Assembly (NCBI GenBank): GCA_963848295.1
Contig: CAWKDB010000010.1
Span: 3,680,001 to 3,744,000, forward strand
Length of the DNA stretch: 64,000 nt
Source: an uncultured delta proteobacterium
Lineage (GTDB): Bacteria; Myxococcota_A; Polyangia; Haliangiales; Haliangiaceae
Reading direction: 5' to 3'
Within the stretch, counting starts at the first letter, position 1; every line of letters begins with the position of its first letter. Positions 9,230 through 18,362 of the stretch are shown in pieces. The notes under the pieces are model-generated. The model had not been told where the DNA came from and ran no database searches. It saw only the letters and a program-made list of their open reading frames with translations. A program made the translations under genes and the position numbers.

Positions 9230-11475
9230 GGGGCAGCTGGCTTCTTGAACAACCCAGGGTCCAGCTTCGGATCGATCTCGACCTTGCCGACCTCGAGGTC
9301 GGTCGTGCGCCCGAGCGTCGTGCTCAGCCGTTTGTGCGCGACCTTCACGCCGGACTCGTCTTTGTATTCGCCGAAGTCATCGGTCTCCGACACGGTCTGG
9401 CCTTTGGGGCCTTTGTCCGAGAACGACATCCGGCTCATCAGCTTCGTCTTGCGATCGAGGTAGATCTGGACGTCGAGGCCGACGTACGGCGAGCCCAACC
9501 GGAACACCGCATTCGGCTTGCCGTCGACGGTCTCGTCCGGCAACGGCGTGAGCTTCGCCGCCGGATCCAGCGCCTTCATCAGCAGGAACTCGGGGTCGCG
9601 CCAGCGCTCGAAGTCGACCTGCGCGATCTCTTCGCCGCTGATGTCGCGCAGCTCGCTCTTCGTCGGGTCTTTTTGACCCGGCGCGAGCTGCCAGCCGGTG
9701 CGGCCATCGACCGCGATCGTGACTTTGACTTGGCCGGCGAGCGTCGCGTCGATGCGCATCTTGTCGGGCATGACGAGCACGCGCTCGATCGTGACCGGGA
9801 CCGACTGGCCCTGGATCGACGTCGTGCCGCTCGCGCTCAGCTTCAATGCCTTCATGCCCGCTAACCTTGCCTTGCCACCTTTCGCGGCCACGGCCTCGGC
9901 GATCAGCTTGTGCAACGCCGCCATCGCCTTCGCATCGGCGGGCGGAGCCACCTGCTCGAAGTCGGGCGAGACCGGGTCGGTAAACGCGACCTTCTCGTAG
10001 CGCCAGCCTTCTTTCTTGAGTTGCGGCTCGAGGTCTTTCGCATCGCCGACCAGCACGATCACGTAGTCGTGAGGCGCGAGGATCTCGGCCGCCGCTTGCT
10101 TGGCGGCCGCGACGTCGACCTTGCCGACCGCGAGCGGATAGTTCGTCAGGTACTCGGTCCCGAAGCCGTGGAGCTCGGCACCGATCAGCGCGGAGCCGAC
10201 GTCGCCGGCGGTCTGGAATCGCATCGCGTAGCTGCCCGCGAGGTTCGCGACGGCAGCGCTGACCTCGTCTTGCGTCGGGCCATCCTTCGCCATCTTCGCG
10301 ATCTCCTTGAGCATGATCTTGGTGGTCGCGAGCGCTTCGGCGTTGCGCGTGAACGTCTGGAACACGAACGAGCCTTTGTCGAGGTTGCGATCGAAGCTCG
10401 AGCTCGCGCCGTAGCTCTTGCCACCTTCGACCCGGACCGCTTTCATCAGCCGCGAGCTGAACACGCCGCCGCCGAGCGCGTAGTTCCAGACCAGCGTGTC
10501 GAAGAACCGCGGATCGTCATGGCGGATGCCGAACTGGGCGATCCGGATATGGGTCTGCGTCTGGCCCGGCTTGTCGACGAGCCGGATCCGGATCCCGGAC
10601 AGCCCGGGCTCCGGATACGTCGGCGACGGCGGCACCACGGTCTTCTTCCAACCGGAGAACGCACGCTCGAGCTCGGTCTTGAGCTTCTTGGGATCGATGT
10701 CGCCCGCGATCACGAGCATCGAGTTGTTCGGCGCGAACCAGGCCTTGTGCCATGCGACGACGTCATCGCGACGGATCGAGCTGACCGACTGCTCGCTGTT
10801 GATCCAACCGCGGACGTGGTCGTTGCCCCACAACAGATTCTGCACGTGCTCGGACGCGAGCGCGCCGGCGTCGTCGGTGCGCGCCCGCACCGACCCGAGC
10901 ATGTTGTCCTTGACCTTCGTGAGCTCGGCTTCGGGAAACGTCGGCTGCGTGATCATCTCGGGCAGCAACTGGAGACATGTGTCGAGGTTGCGCGACAGCA
11001 CGCGGCACGACACGAGCGTGGCCTCGAACGTCGCTTCGGCGCCGATCGTGCCGCCGACGAAGTCGATCGCTTTCGCGAGCGCGAGCGCGTCGTGCTTCTT
11101 CGTGCCCTTGACCAGCATGTCCGCGGTCGCCTCGGCGACACCGAGCCGAGCGTGCGGCTCTTGCATGCGACCGGCGCGAACCGCGAGCTGGACGCTGACC
11201 ACCGGCAGCTTGTCGCTCTTGATCAGATAGACTTGCAGCCCGTTCGACAGCTTGAGCTCTTCGATCGCCGGCAGCTCGACGCGAGTCGGAGGCTTCGCGG
11301 CGGGCGGCACGATCAGATCGGTGCGTTCGGCCCAGGCGTCGTTCGGCTTGGTCTTCGGCGGTGGCGGCTTCGCGACGTTCGCGTCGCCGTCGCCCGGCAA
11401 CTGGGGAATCGGCGGCGGCGGGATCTTCGGGCCACAGCTCGCGACGATCGCGAGCACGACGATGAGCTTGTTCAC
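9226..11475 (-). CDS. M16 peptidase non-catalytic subunit, lipoprotein, with a C-terminal LolA-like beta domain
   Basis: Lipobox IVASC; LSNGLQV; no HXXEH; FSSRLMKAVR...SYG; C-terminal GG...PDKMR...DG.TGW...LDPGLFKKP domain. Confidence 0.8.
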   Translation of the reverse strand: MNKLIVVLAIVASCGPKIPPPPIPQLPGDGDANVAKPPPPKTKPNDAWAERTDLIVPPAAKPPTRVELPAIEELKLSNGLQVYLIKSDKLPVVSVQLAVRAGRMQEPHARLGVAEATADMLVKGTKKHDALALAKAIDFVGGTIGAEATFEATLVSCRVLSRNLDTCLQLLPEMITQPTFPEAELTKVKDNMLGSVRARTDDAGALASEHVQNLLWGNDHVRGWINSEQSVSSIRRDDVVAWHKAWFAPNNSMLVIAGDIDPKKLKTELERAFSGWKKTVVPPSPTYPEPGLSGIRIRLVDKPGQTQTHIRIAQFGIRHDDPRFFDTLVWNYALGGGVFSSRLMKAVRVEGGKSYGASSSFDRNLDKGSFVFQTFTRNAEALATTKIMLKEIAKMAKDGPTQDEVSAAVANLAGSYAMRFQTAGDVGSALIGAELHGFGTEYLTNYPLAVGKVDVAAAKQAAAEILAPHDYVIVLVGDAKDLEPQLKKEGWRYEKVAFTDPVSPDFEQVAPPADAKAMAALHKLIAEAVAAKGGKARLAGMKALKLSASGTTSIQGQSVPVTIERVLVMPDKMRIDATLAGQVKVTIAVDGRTGWQLAPGQKDPTKSELRDISGEEIAQVDFERWRDPEFLLMKALDPAAKLTPLPDETVDGKPNAVFRLGSPYVGLDVQIYLDRKTKLMSRMSFSDKGPKGQTVSETDDFGEYKDESGVKVAHKRLSTTLGRTTDLEVGKVEIDPKLDPGLFKKPAAP

Positions 11476-11476
11476 G

Positions 11477-12814
11477 TTAGTGCCCCTTCGGCGGAATCAC
11501 GACGATCGTCGCTTTGTCCGTCGTCAAGTATTGCTTGACCACGCGCTGGACGTCCGCGGCGGTGACCTTCTCGATCTCGTCGGCGTCGTGCAGAAACGAG
11601 GTCGCATCGCCGGTGAGAACCCACGAGCGGCCGATCGCCTCGGCGAGACCTTGCGCGTGCTCGAGCGAGAACAGAAAGCCGGACTGGACTTGATTCTTCG
11701 CCTTGCGCAGCTCTTCTGCGGTCGGCGGATTCGTGGCGAGCTTCTGCACCTCATCGATCACGGCGGCCTCGACCGGGTCCGCGTTCTCGGGTCGCAGGTA
11801 GGCGCCGAGCGCGATCCACATGCCTGGATCCTCGCGGACGATCGCTTCGGTGCCGCCGTCGAGGCCGATCGCCTTCTGCTTGCCGACGCCGCGGATCCGC
11901 AGCTTGAGCCGCGACGCATCCCCGGCGCCGAGGACGATCGACGCGACTTGCAGCGCGAACACGTCTTTGTCCTTCGCGGCCGGGATGTGCCAGCCGACGA
12001 GCGCGAGCCCGATCTGACCGGGCTCGACGACCTCGCGACGCTTCGCGGTCTGGGCGGGCTCGGGATTCGTCGCGGCTGGACGCGGCGGAGGCTCGCCCTT
12101 GGGGATCGGGCCGAACCATTTCTCGGCCGACGCTCTCACCGCCGCCGCGGTCGTGTTGCCGACCACGACGAGCAGCGCGTTGTTCGGCTGGTAGTACGCG
12201 TCGTAGAACTTGCGCAGATCCTCGGCCGTGGTCGCGTCGAGATCGGCGATCGTGCCCGCCGCGGTCCACGCGTACGGATGCTTGGTGTAGGCGACCGCGA
12301 GGAACCGCAGGAAGCCTTTCGCGATCGGCGAGTTGTCCTGCTGGCGGATCTCTTCTTTGACGACCTCCTTCTCGGTCGTGATCATGTCTTTGCGAAACAG
12401 CAAGCCACGCATCCGCTCGGCTTCGAGCTGGAGCGCGAAGTCGAGATAATCCGCCGGGACGTTATCGATGTAGTGGGTCGCGTCCTCTTCGGTCGTCGCG
12501 TTCACGTACCCGCCGATGCCGGTGATGAACTGGGCGTGCGCCTCGGGGCGGACGTGGGTCGTGCCCTTGAACATCATGTGCTCGAACATGTGGGCCGAGC
12601 CGCGGCGATCGCGAGGCTCGTCTTTGCTGCCGGCGTGGTACCAGAGCTGAATCGCGACGATCGGCGAGGCCTCGTCGTGAATCACCGCGACCTGCAGGCC
12701 GTTGGCGAGCGTGAACTGCTCGATCGAAGGCAGCGTGGCGATCGGCGTGGTCGGGGTCGCGCCGGCAGCGGATCCGACGAGCGCGACGATGAGGAACGAC
12801 AGCAGACGTTTCAT
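11477..12814 (-). CDS. M16 zinc peptidase catalytic subunit (exported)
   Basis: HMFEHMMFKG (HXXEH); downstream EKEVVKEE; YYQPNNA; AGGAG RBS. Confidence 0.9.
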   Translation of the reverse strand: MKRLLSFLIVALVGSAAGATPTTPIATLPSIEQFTLANGLQVAVIHDEASPIVAIQLWYHAGSKDEPRDRRGSAHMFEHMMFKGTTHVRPEAHAQFITGIGGYVNATTEEDATHYIDNVPADYLDFALQLEAERMRGLLFRKDMITTEKEVVKEEIRQQDNSPIAKGFLRFLAVAYTKHPYAWTAAGTIADLDATTAEDLRKFYDAYYQPNNALLVVVGNTTAAAVRASAEKWFGPIPKGEPPPRPAATNPEPAQTAKRREVVEPGQIGLALVGWHIPAAKDKDVFALQVASIVLGAGDASRLKLRIRGVGKQKAIGLDGGTEAIVREDPGMWIALGAYLRPENADPVEAAVIDEVQKLATNPPTAEELRKAKNQVQSGFLFSLEHAQGLAEAIGRSWVLTGDATSFLHDADEIEKVTAADVQRVVKQYLTTDKATIVVIPPKGH

Positions 12815-12935
12815 AGCGAGCTCCTACGAGGCGCGGACACTACCGCACCAGATCGCCGCCGCCAGTCAATGGATGCCCGTCCAGGCACTTAGAGACAGAA
12901 CGGGGCACTTTGGTACGTTAACCGAGAGTTCACCC

Positions 12936-12982
12936 CAATCGGAATTATCCCGATTGACTGGAAATGGAACCCGTTGCACAGT
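12936..12982 (+). promoter_or_regulatory. Inverted repeat CAATCGG-N7-CCGATTG overlapping a candidate -35 (TTGACT) with -10 CACAGT
   Basis: Seen directly in an AT-richer divergent intergenic region; 17-nt spacer between TTGACT (12954-12959) and CACAGT (12977-12982). Confidence 0.45.
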
Positions 12983-13029
12983 GCTGCCACAACGAGGCGG
13001 GGTGTTCCCCGAGTGAAGGAGAGGTTGCC

Positions 13030-13257
13030 GTGCCACGAGTGCAGATGACCCAGGACGATGGGCGGATTATTGACGTAACCGGCGTGAAGGTCTTTTCGGC
13101 GACCAAAGCGAAAGAGCGCGAGTTGCTCGGCGAGCTCATCACCGACTGGATCCGCAGTCACCCCGAGCACGAGATCGTGGACAAGATCGTGACCCAGTCG
13201 TCCGATTCCGAGTTCCACTGCCTCACGATCACGTTGTTCTACAAGCACAAAGCGTAG
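13030..13257 (+). CDS. Small conserved myxobacterial-type hypothetical protein (75 aa)
   Basis: AAGGAGAGG RBS before GTG at 13030; GVKVFSATKAKERE...TQSSDSEFHCLTITLFY, recognised from memory. Confidence 0.75.
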   Translation: MPRVQMTQDDGRIIDVTGVKVFSATKAKERELLGELITDWIRSHPEHEIVDKIVTQSSDSEFHCLTITLFYKHKA

Positions 13258-13300
13258 CGCTTGATCCGAGCCCGGGGATCGGGTACCAACCCACGCTCCC

Positions 13301-13528
13301 ATGGAGAACACGTTCGGAAAGCCCGTCGAGGTTGAAGTCCGCGACAGCCTCGAGAAGGCGATGAAGATTCTCAAGCAGAAGATGTCCAAGGAGGGCATCC
13401 TGCAAGAGCTCAAGCGTCGCCGGTTCTACGAGAAGCCGTCGGTCAAGAAGAAGCGGAAGACGCGCGAGGCGCGCAAGCGGCTGCGCCGCGAGATGAAGCG
13501 GCGGATCACGCCGGCTCCGCCGCGCTAG
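13301..13528 (+). CDS. rpsU: 30S ribosomal protein S21
   Basis: LEKAMKILKQKMSKEGILQELKRRRFYEKPSVKKKRK. Confidence 0.95.
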   Translation: MENTFGKPVEVEVRDSLEKAMKILKQKMSKEGILQELKRRRFYEKPSVKKKRKTREARKRLRREMKRRITPAPPR

Positions 13529-13539
13529 TTGTAGCGACG

Positions 13540-14400
13540 ATGACTTGGGTTGAGGTCATCGTGTCGGTCGGCGCGGCCGATATCGATGACATCGCGGCGC
13601 TCGTGGCCGCCGAAGTTCCTGCCGCTGCCGCAGGGACCGAGCAGCGCGGCGACGAAGTGGTGTTCTGGGTCGACGAGGCCGACGCACCGGCCGCACTCGA
13701 TCAGGCGCGCGATGCGGTCACTCGCTGGGCCGCTGGAGGCGCTGCGGTCGACCCGACGCGCGTGCGAATCGCCGCCGCGATGCCGGAGGCCGAGTGGCGC
13801 GACGCATGGAAGCGCTACTTCAAGGTCAGCCGGCTGACTCGGCAGATCGTCGTCGTACCGAGCTGGGAAGCGCACGAGGCCGCGCCCGGCGAGGTCGTGA
13901 TCGATCTCGATCCGGGCATGGCATTCGGCACGGGCACGCATGCGAGCACGCGCCTCGTGCTCGAGCACCTCCAGGCGATGTCGGATGCCGGCGTGAGGCC
14001 GGCGCGAGTGCTCGACGTCGGGTGCGGCTCGGGCATCCTCGCGATCGCGGCGGTCAAGCTGTGGCCCGGCGCGACGTGCCTCGCGATCGACAATGATCCG
14101 ATCGCGATCGCGGCGACCGCCGAGAATGCGGCGCACAATCGCGTCGGCGAGCAGATCGAGACGAGCTTGCCGCTCGATGTCGTCGAGCGATTTCCGATCG
14201 TGCTCGCGAACATCCAAGCGCACGTGCTGCGCGAGCTGCGCGAGTGGCTGATCGCGCGATGCTCCGGCACGCTCGTGTTATCGGGGCTGCTGACCCCGCA
14301 AGCCGAGCCGCTCGCGGCGGAGTTCGTCGGCATGCGCGTCGTGACGATTCGCCCGAGCAGCGATGATCCCCAGTGGTCGGTCGCGGTGTTGTCGGTTTGA
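13540..14400 (+). CDS. prmA: 50S ribosomal protein L11 methyltransferase
   Basis: DPGMAFGTGTHASTRL, VLDVGCGSGILAI, LANI, LSG motifs. Confidence 0.95.
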   Translation: MTWVEVIVSVGAADIDDIAALVAAEVPAAAAGTEQRGDEVVFWVDEADAPAALDQARDAVTRWAAGGAAVDPTRVRIAAAMPEAEWRDAWKRYFKVSRLTRQIVVVPSWEAHEAAPGEVVIDLDPGMAFGTGTHASTRLVLEHLQAMSDAGVRPARVLDVGCGSGILAIAAVKLWPGATCLAIDNDPIAIAATAENAAHNRVGEQIETSLPLDVVERFPIVLANIQAHVLRELREWLIARCSGTLVLSGLLTPQAEPLAAEFVGMRVVTIRPSSDDPQWSVAVLSV

Positions 14401-15107
14401 GAATCTTCGTCGCGCCGGAGTTGCTCGTCGCCGGCGAAGTCGCGGTGCGCGGTGACGAGCACCATTATGTCGGCGTGGTCCGGCGGGCGCGAGTCGGTGA
14501 CGCGGTCGAGCTCGTCGACGGCGCCGGTCGGCGAGCGAGCGGTGAGATCGTCGCGATCACCGGCGACGAGACTCGCGTGCGTGTCGCCGCGGTCCAAGCC
14601 GTCGTCGTGGCGCCGCCTCACGTCCGCGTGCTCGTGCCGTGGATCAAGGGCGAGCGCATGGATCAGTGCCTCGAGAAGCTCGTCGAGGTCGGCGCCGACG
14701 CGATCGTCGTGTGGCCGGCCGCTCGCGGCGTCGTCAAGCTCGACCGCGACCGTCTCGCAGCCCGGATCGGCAAAGCCAGAGCCGCGGCGCAGGCGGCGGC
14801 TCGGCAATCGGGGAGGGCCGCGGTGCCTCTCGTCACGAGCGCGGATTCACTTGTCGCCGCGGTCGCCGCGCTCCCTGCCGATGGCCTGCGGTTCGCGCTC
14901 GATCCGTGTGCCGATCGCGCCGAGCTGCCGTCGCTGTGCCCGGACGTCACGTTCGCGAGCGGTCCCGAAGGCGGCTTCACCAGCGGCGAGCTCGATGCGT
15001 TATTCGCCGCGGGCTTCGCGCCGCTCGGCCTGGGCCCGCGGACGCTGCGCGCCGAGACCGCACCGGTCGTCGCGGTCGCGCTCGTTCGCGCCGCGACGCG
15101 GAGCTAG
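14397..15107 (+). CDS. rsmE: 16S rRNA m3U1498 methyltransferase
   Basis: EKLVEVG, AARQSGR, GPEGGF, LGPRTLRAETA; TTG start overlapping the prmA stop. Confidence 0.93.
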   Translation: MRIFVAPELLVAGEVAVRGDEHHYVGVVRRARVGDAVELVDGAGRRASGEIVAITGDETRVRVAAVQAVVVAPPHVRVLVPWIKGERMDQCLEKLVEVGADAIVVWPAARGVVKLDRDRLAARIGKARAAAQAAARQSGRAAVPLVTSADSLVAAVAALPADGLRFALDPCADRAELPSLCPDVTFASGPEGGFTSGELDALFAAGFAPLGLGPRTLRAETAPVVAVALVRAATRS

Positions 15108-15121
15108 TAGACTCGGCCGTG

Positions 15122-15601
15122 ATGGCGCTGGACCTGATCGCCGAGCTCGAAGCCGTCGTGGACACGTTCGAGCGCGTCGGCATCGAATACGCCCTGTGCG
15201 GCGGGCTGGCGCTCGCGCTTCACGGGCATCCGCGTGCCACGATGGACATCGACGTGCTGATGCCCCAGGCCGAGCTTGCAGGCGCGCTACAGGCCGCACG
15301 AGCTCTCGGGTTCGACGTTCCAGCGCGCAAGATGGTGTTCGGCCTCCGCACCGGAGCTCCACGCGAAGTGCATCGCGTCTCGAAGCTGGATCCGAGCACG
15401 AACCAGCTCATGTCGTTGGACCTGCTGGTCGTAGGTCCTGGCCTGGAGACGGTATGGACAGGGCGGGTCGACTTGATGATCGGCAACCGCAAGATGGTGG
15501 TCGTGTCGCGCGACGGACTTGCTACGATGAAGAGGATCGCTGGACGTCCGCAGGATCTGGCCGACCTCGCCGCCCTCGAAGGCACTGATGAAGACGAATA
15601 A
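15122..15601 (+). CDS. Minimal nucleotidyltransferase (pol-beta fold, DUF6036/AbiEii-like)
   Basis: YALCGGLALALHGHPRATMDIDVL (GG...DxD), third Asp in SLDLL, C-terminal MKRIAGRPQDLADL. Confidence 0.8.
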   Translation: MALDLIAELEAVVDTFERVGIEYALCGGLALALHGHPRATMDIDVLMPQAELAGALQAARALGFDVPARKMVFGLRTGAPREVHRVSKLDPSTNQLMSLDLLVVGPGLETVWTGRVDLMIGNRKMVVVSRDGLATMKRIAGRPQDLADLAALEGTDEDE

Positions 15602-15737
15602 ACCTGGCCCGCTCGACGCCTCGCCGGAGGTGCTGGCGGCTCGGCTCGAGCAGGTCCGTGCCCTGTACAAGCTCATGACCTATCTCGGACAGGCGCGAGC
15701 GCTCGATCCCGCCGAGCCGCGCCGAACGCCCCGCTGA
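15588..15737 (+). CDS. Unannotated 49-aa helical protein coupled to the nucleotidyltransferase
   Basis: Manual translation MKTNKPGPLDASPEVLAARLEQVRALYKLMTYLGQARALDPAEPRRTPR; 14-nt overlap with the upstream gene; fills the gap to the next gene. Confidence 0.65.
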   Translation: MKTNKPGPLDASPEVLAARLEQVRALYKLMTYLGQARALDPAEPRRTPR

Positions 15738-15745
15738 GGGTCCAG

Positions 15746-17602
15746 CTACTGGATCTGCGCGGGCAGCGTCCAGTACGGGCTGATGTTGTCGGCCTGGGTG
15801 TCCTGACCCGGTAACCACATCGGCTGGAAGCTCGGATCGTTCGGCGTGCCGCCGCCCATCAGGGCCGCTTTGCTGATCGCGCTGATCCAGATCTGCTTGC
15901 ACTGCAAGACGCCGTTGGCGATGCAGACCGGGTTCGTGTGGCTCGCGGTGACTTCGTGGCCGTAGTTGCGCTCGCTCGAGAACACGATCCAGTAGTAGTC
16001 GCTGGTCTGGCCAGGCGCCCAGTGCGCCCACGTGATGTTGGCGTCGCCGTTGCCGCCGTTGAGGTTCGTCAGGTCGATAGCCCACGCACCGGTCGGAGTC
16101 GTCAGCATCATGCGTTGCCCCGGGGTCTTGCCCTGGCCAGCATTCAAGTCTCGCCAGGCGGCGCGGGCCGCGTTGAAGACGACGAATTGGCCGTCCGGCG
16201 AGAAGCTCGGGAAGAAGAAGCTGTCGTAGACGCCACCGGGGAGCGTGATCGGATTACTGACGATGAAGTTGGGCTCGCCGAACGTGTGCGTGCCGCCGCT
16301 GTAGGAGTAGCTCATGGTCGCGATCGTGCTGTTGCTGATGTCGACCGCTTGGTTCACGTTGGGCGTCGACGCGAACACGACGGTGTTGCCATCGGCCGAC
16401 CAGTCCGGCATCAAAGCCGAACGGTTCGGCGAGCCCGGGCCGTGGTTCGACACCGTCGCGATGTTCGACGGGATCTCGACGCCGGTGTCCGGGTCGTAGA
16501 GGTCGAGCGTGGCGTTCATGTGCGTGACGATCGCGACCGACTGCGAGTCGTCGGGGAACGGATTGCCGATCGGCGAGAACGTCGTGTAGGTACCGTTGAT
16601 CTTCTCGTTATCGGCGTCGATCACTTCGTCCCACGCCGAGGTCATCGGGTTGTAGTGCATGAAGCCGACCCACTCGCCGTTGCAGTTGTTCGCGACGCAG
16701 CGGCTGTAGCCGAGCCGAGTGCCCGCCCGCGACAGCGAGTGACATGCGGTGCAGTTCGCGATCAAGACGTCCGGCGCGGCAGTCGAGCCGAACGTCTGGC
16801 TGATGATGCTGCCCTCTGACGACGCCCACCAATAGATGGCCGTCTGATCGATCGTGTCGTGCGACACGCCGATCGTCACCGGCGTGCTCGCGTACTTCGT
16901 CGTCGGCGCTGCTTGGACGAGACCTTCGACCACGAATTGCAAGTGATCGCCCGCCGCGGTGTTCGCGATGTCGGCCCAATGCACCGTGTCGATCGTCGCT
17001 TGCGGGTCGCTGGTGTAGACGTCGATCGCCGCGAACGTCGAGGTGATCGCGATGTGGAACAAGTCGTCACCCGAGGTCACCCACTGGACCTCGATCGGCG
17101 GCAGGTTGAGCGGCGTCACCGCTTGATCGACCGGGTACTCGATCACCGGGCTCTGTGCGCCGGCTGCGCCGAGCGTCGCGGCGCCGAAAATATCCGCGGC
17201 GTTCGCCGGCGTGCTCGCACCGACGACCAGCGTGCCGGTCAGGTTGACCGCCAGCTCCGCCGTGCCAGTCTCGCCGCCGCAGCTCGCGGTGACTTGCGTC
17301 TTGCCGCCTCGCGATTGCACGGTGACGACCGGGCCGGTCGTCGACCCGAAGCTCGGATCGATCGCGAGCGCGCACGCGGACGTGATGTCGGTCCGATCCG
17401 TCCCGGTGACGCCGAACACCTGGTAGGCCTGAGTCGCGGTGCCGTCGAGCGGGATCGTGAGGTTGGCGAACGGTGGCTCGACATCGATCGAGCCGTACGT
17501 GAACCCGCCGTCGCCGTCGCCGTCGCCCTCGTGGTTTCCACAGGCCGCGGCCGCGAAGCACGCGCCTGCGTAGAAAATTGCCGCGGCGATGCGCTTGCCC
17601 AT
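15746..17602 (-). CDS. TolB/PD40 beta-propeller lipoprotein
   Basis: Lipobox AAAAC; MPDWSADG, FPSFSPDG, YWIVFSSERNYG; CTACH motif. Start moved to ATG 17602. Confidence 0.75.
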   Translation of the reverse strand: MGKRIAAAIFYAGACFAAAACGNHEGDGDGDGGFTYGSIDVEPPFANLTIPLDGTATQAYQVFGVTGTDRTDITSACALAIDPSFGSTTGPVVTVQSRGGKTQVTASCGGETGTAELAVNLTGTLVVGASTPANAADIFGAATLGAAGAQSPVIEYPVDQAVTPLNLPPIEVQWVTSGDDLFHIAITSTFAAIDVYTSDPQATIDTVHWADIANTAAGDHLQFVVEGLVQAAPTTKYASTPVTIGVSHDTIDQTAIYWWASSEGSIISQTFGSTAAPDVLIANCTACHSLSRAGTRLGYSRCVANNCNGEWVGFMHYNPMTSAWDEVIDADNEKINGTYTTFSPIGNPFPDDSQSVAIVTHMNATLDLYDPDTGVEIPSNIATVSNHGPGSPNRSALMPDWSADGNTVVFASTPNVNQAVDISNSTIATMSYSYSGGTHTFGEPNFIVSNPITLPGGVYDSFFFPSFSPDGQFVVFNAARAAWRDLNAGQGKTPGQRMMLTTPTGAWAIDLTNLNGGNGDANITWAHWAPGQTSDYYWIVFSSERNYGHEVTASHTNPVCIANGVLQCKQIWISAISKAALMGGGTPNDPSFQPMWLPGQDTQADNISPYWTLPAQIQ

Positions 17603-17773
17603 CCAACCCACGATACAGCGGACCGCTCGATCCGTCAGCTTCTCGCCGGGCACCGGCCGATCGAGCGTGATCGGCTCTTGCCCACACGTCGGTTTCCGCC
17701 GCTCCCGACCGCCGGGTTTCCTTGGGTTGCCGCGTATTTGCGTTCGCCCACGCCGGCACCGTATAAATCCACG

Positions 17774-18355
17774 ATGCCGGAGCGCGAGCCCGCGGTGCTG
17801 ACGACCGATGTCGAGACGCCGAGGCCCGTTGCCCCGGGCGTAGAGCGGCCGATCCAAGCGCCGGCGCGTCCCTCCCAACGTCCGGTGCCGACCGTGCGCG
17901 TCGTCGGGTTCTGGAAGCGCGCACTCGCCGCGGCGATCGATCTCGCGATCGTCCTGCCGGTCGCGCTGATCGTCACGCTACTGGCGAGCAAGATCCTGGG
18001 CATCCACTCGCCGGCGTCCCGACCTCACTTATTCGATATCGATCTGTGGATCGATCTCGTGCTCGCGACCGACCCAGCGTTGATGATGGGGCTCGTGTTG
18101 GTCGCGGCCGTCGGCATGACGTACTTGCTGGTCTCGCACATCGTGCTCGGCCAGACGCTCGGCATGCGGCTACTGAAGATGAAGATCATCGACGTCTACG
18201 GCGAGCGCCCCTCGCCGCAGCGCTGCATCGTGCGCTGCGCCAGCTACCTCGCCGGGTTCGCGACCTTGTTCCTCGGCTTCTTGTGGATCGGCTTCGACAG
18301 CGAGAAGCGCGGGCTTCAAGATTGGATCGCCGGTACCTACGTGATCCGAACATGA
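17774..18355 (+). CDS. RDD family membrane protein
   Basis: GFWKRALAAAID, GQTLGMRLLKM, RGLQDWIAGTYVI. Confidence 0.88.
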   Translation: MPEREPAVLTTDVETPRPVAPGVERPIQAPARPSQRPVPTVRVVGFWKRALAAAIDLAIVLPVALIVTLLASKILGIHSPASRPHLFDIDLWIDLVLATDPALMMGLVLVAAVGMTYLLVSHIVLGQTLGMRLLKMKIIDVYGERPSPQRCIVRCASYLAGFATLFLGFLWIGFDSEKRGLQDWIAGTYVIRT

Positions 18356-18362
18356 GACGGCG

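Noticed and set aside
12965..12978. Sigma54 promoter TGGAACCCGTTGCA
   Set aside because: GG-to-GC spacing is 8 nt rather than the required 10.
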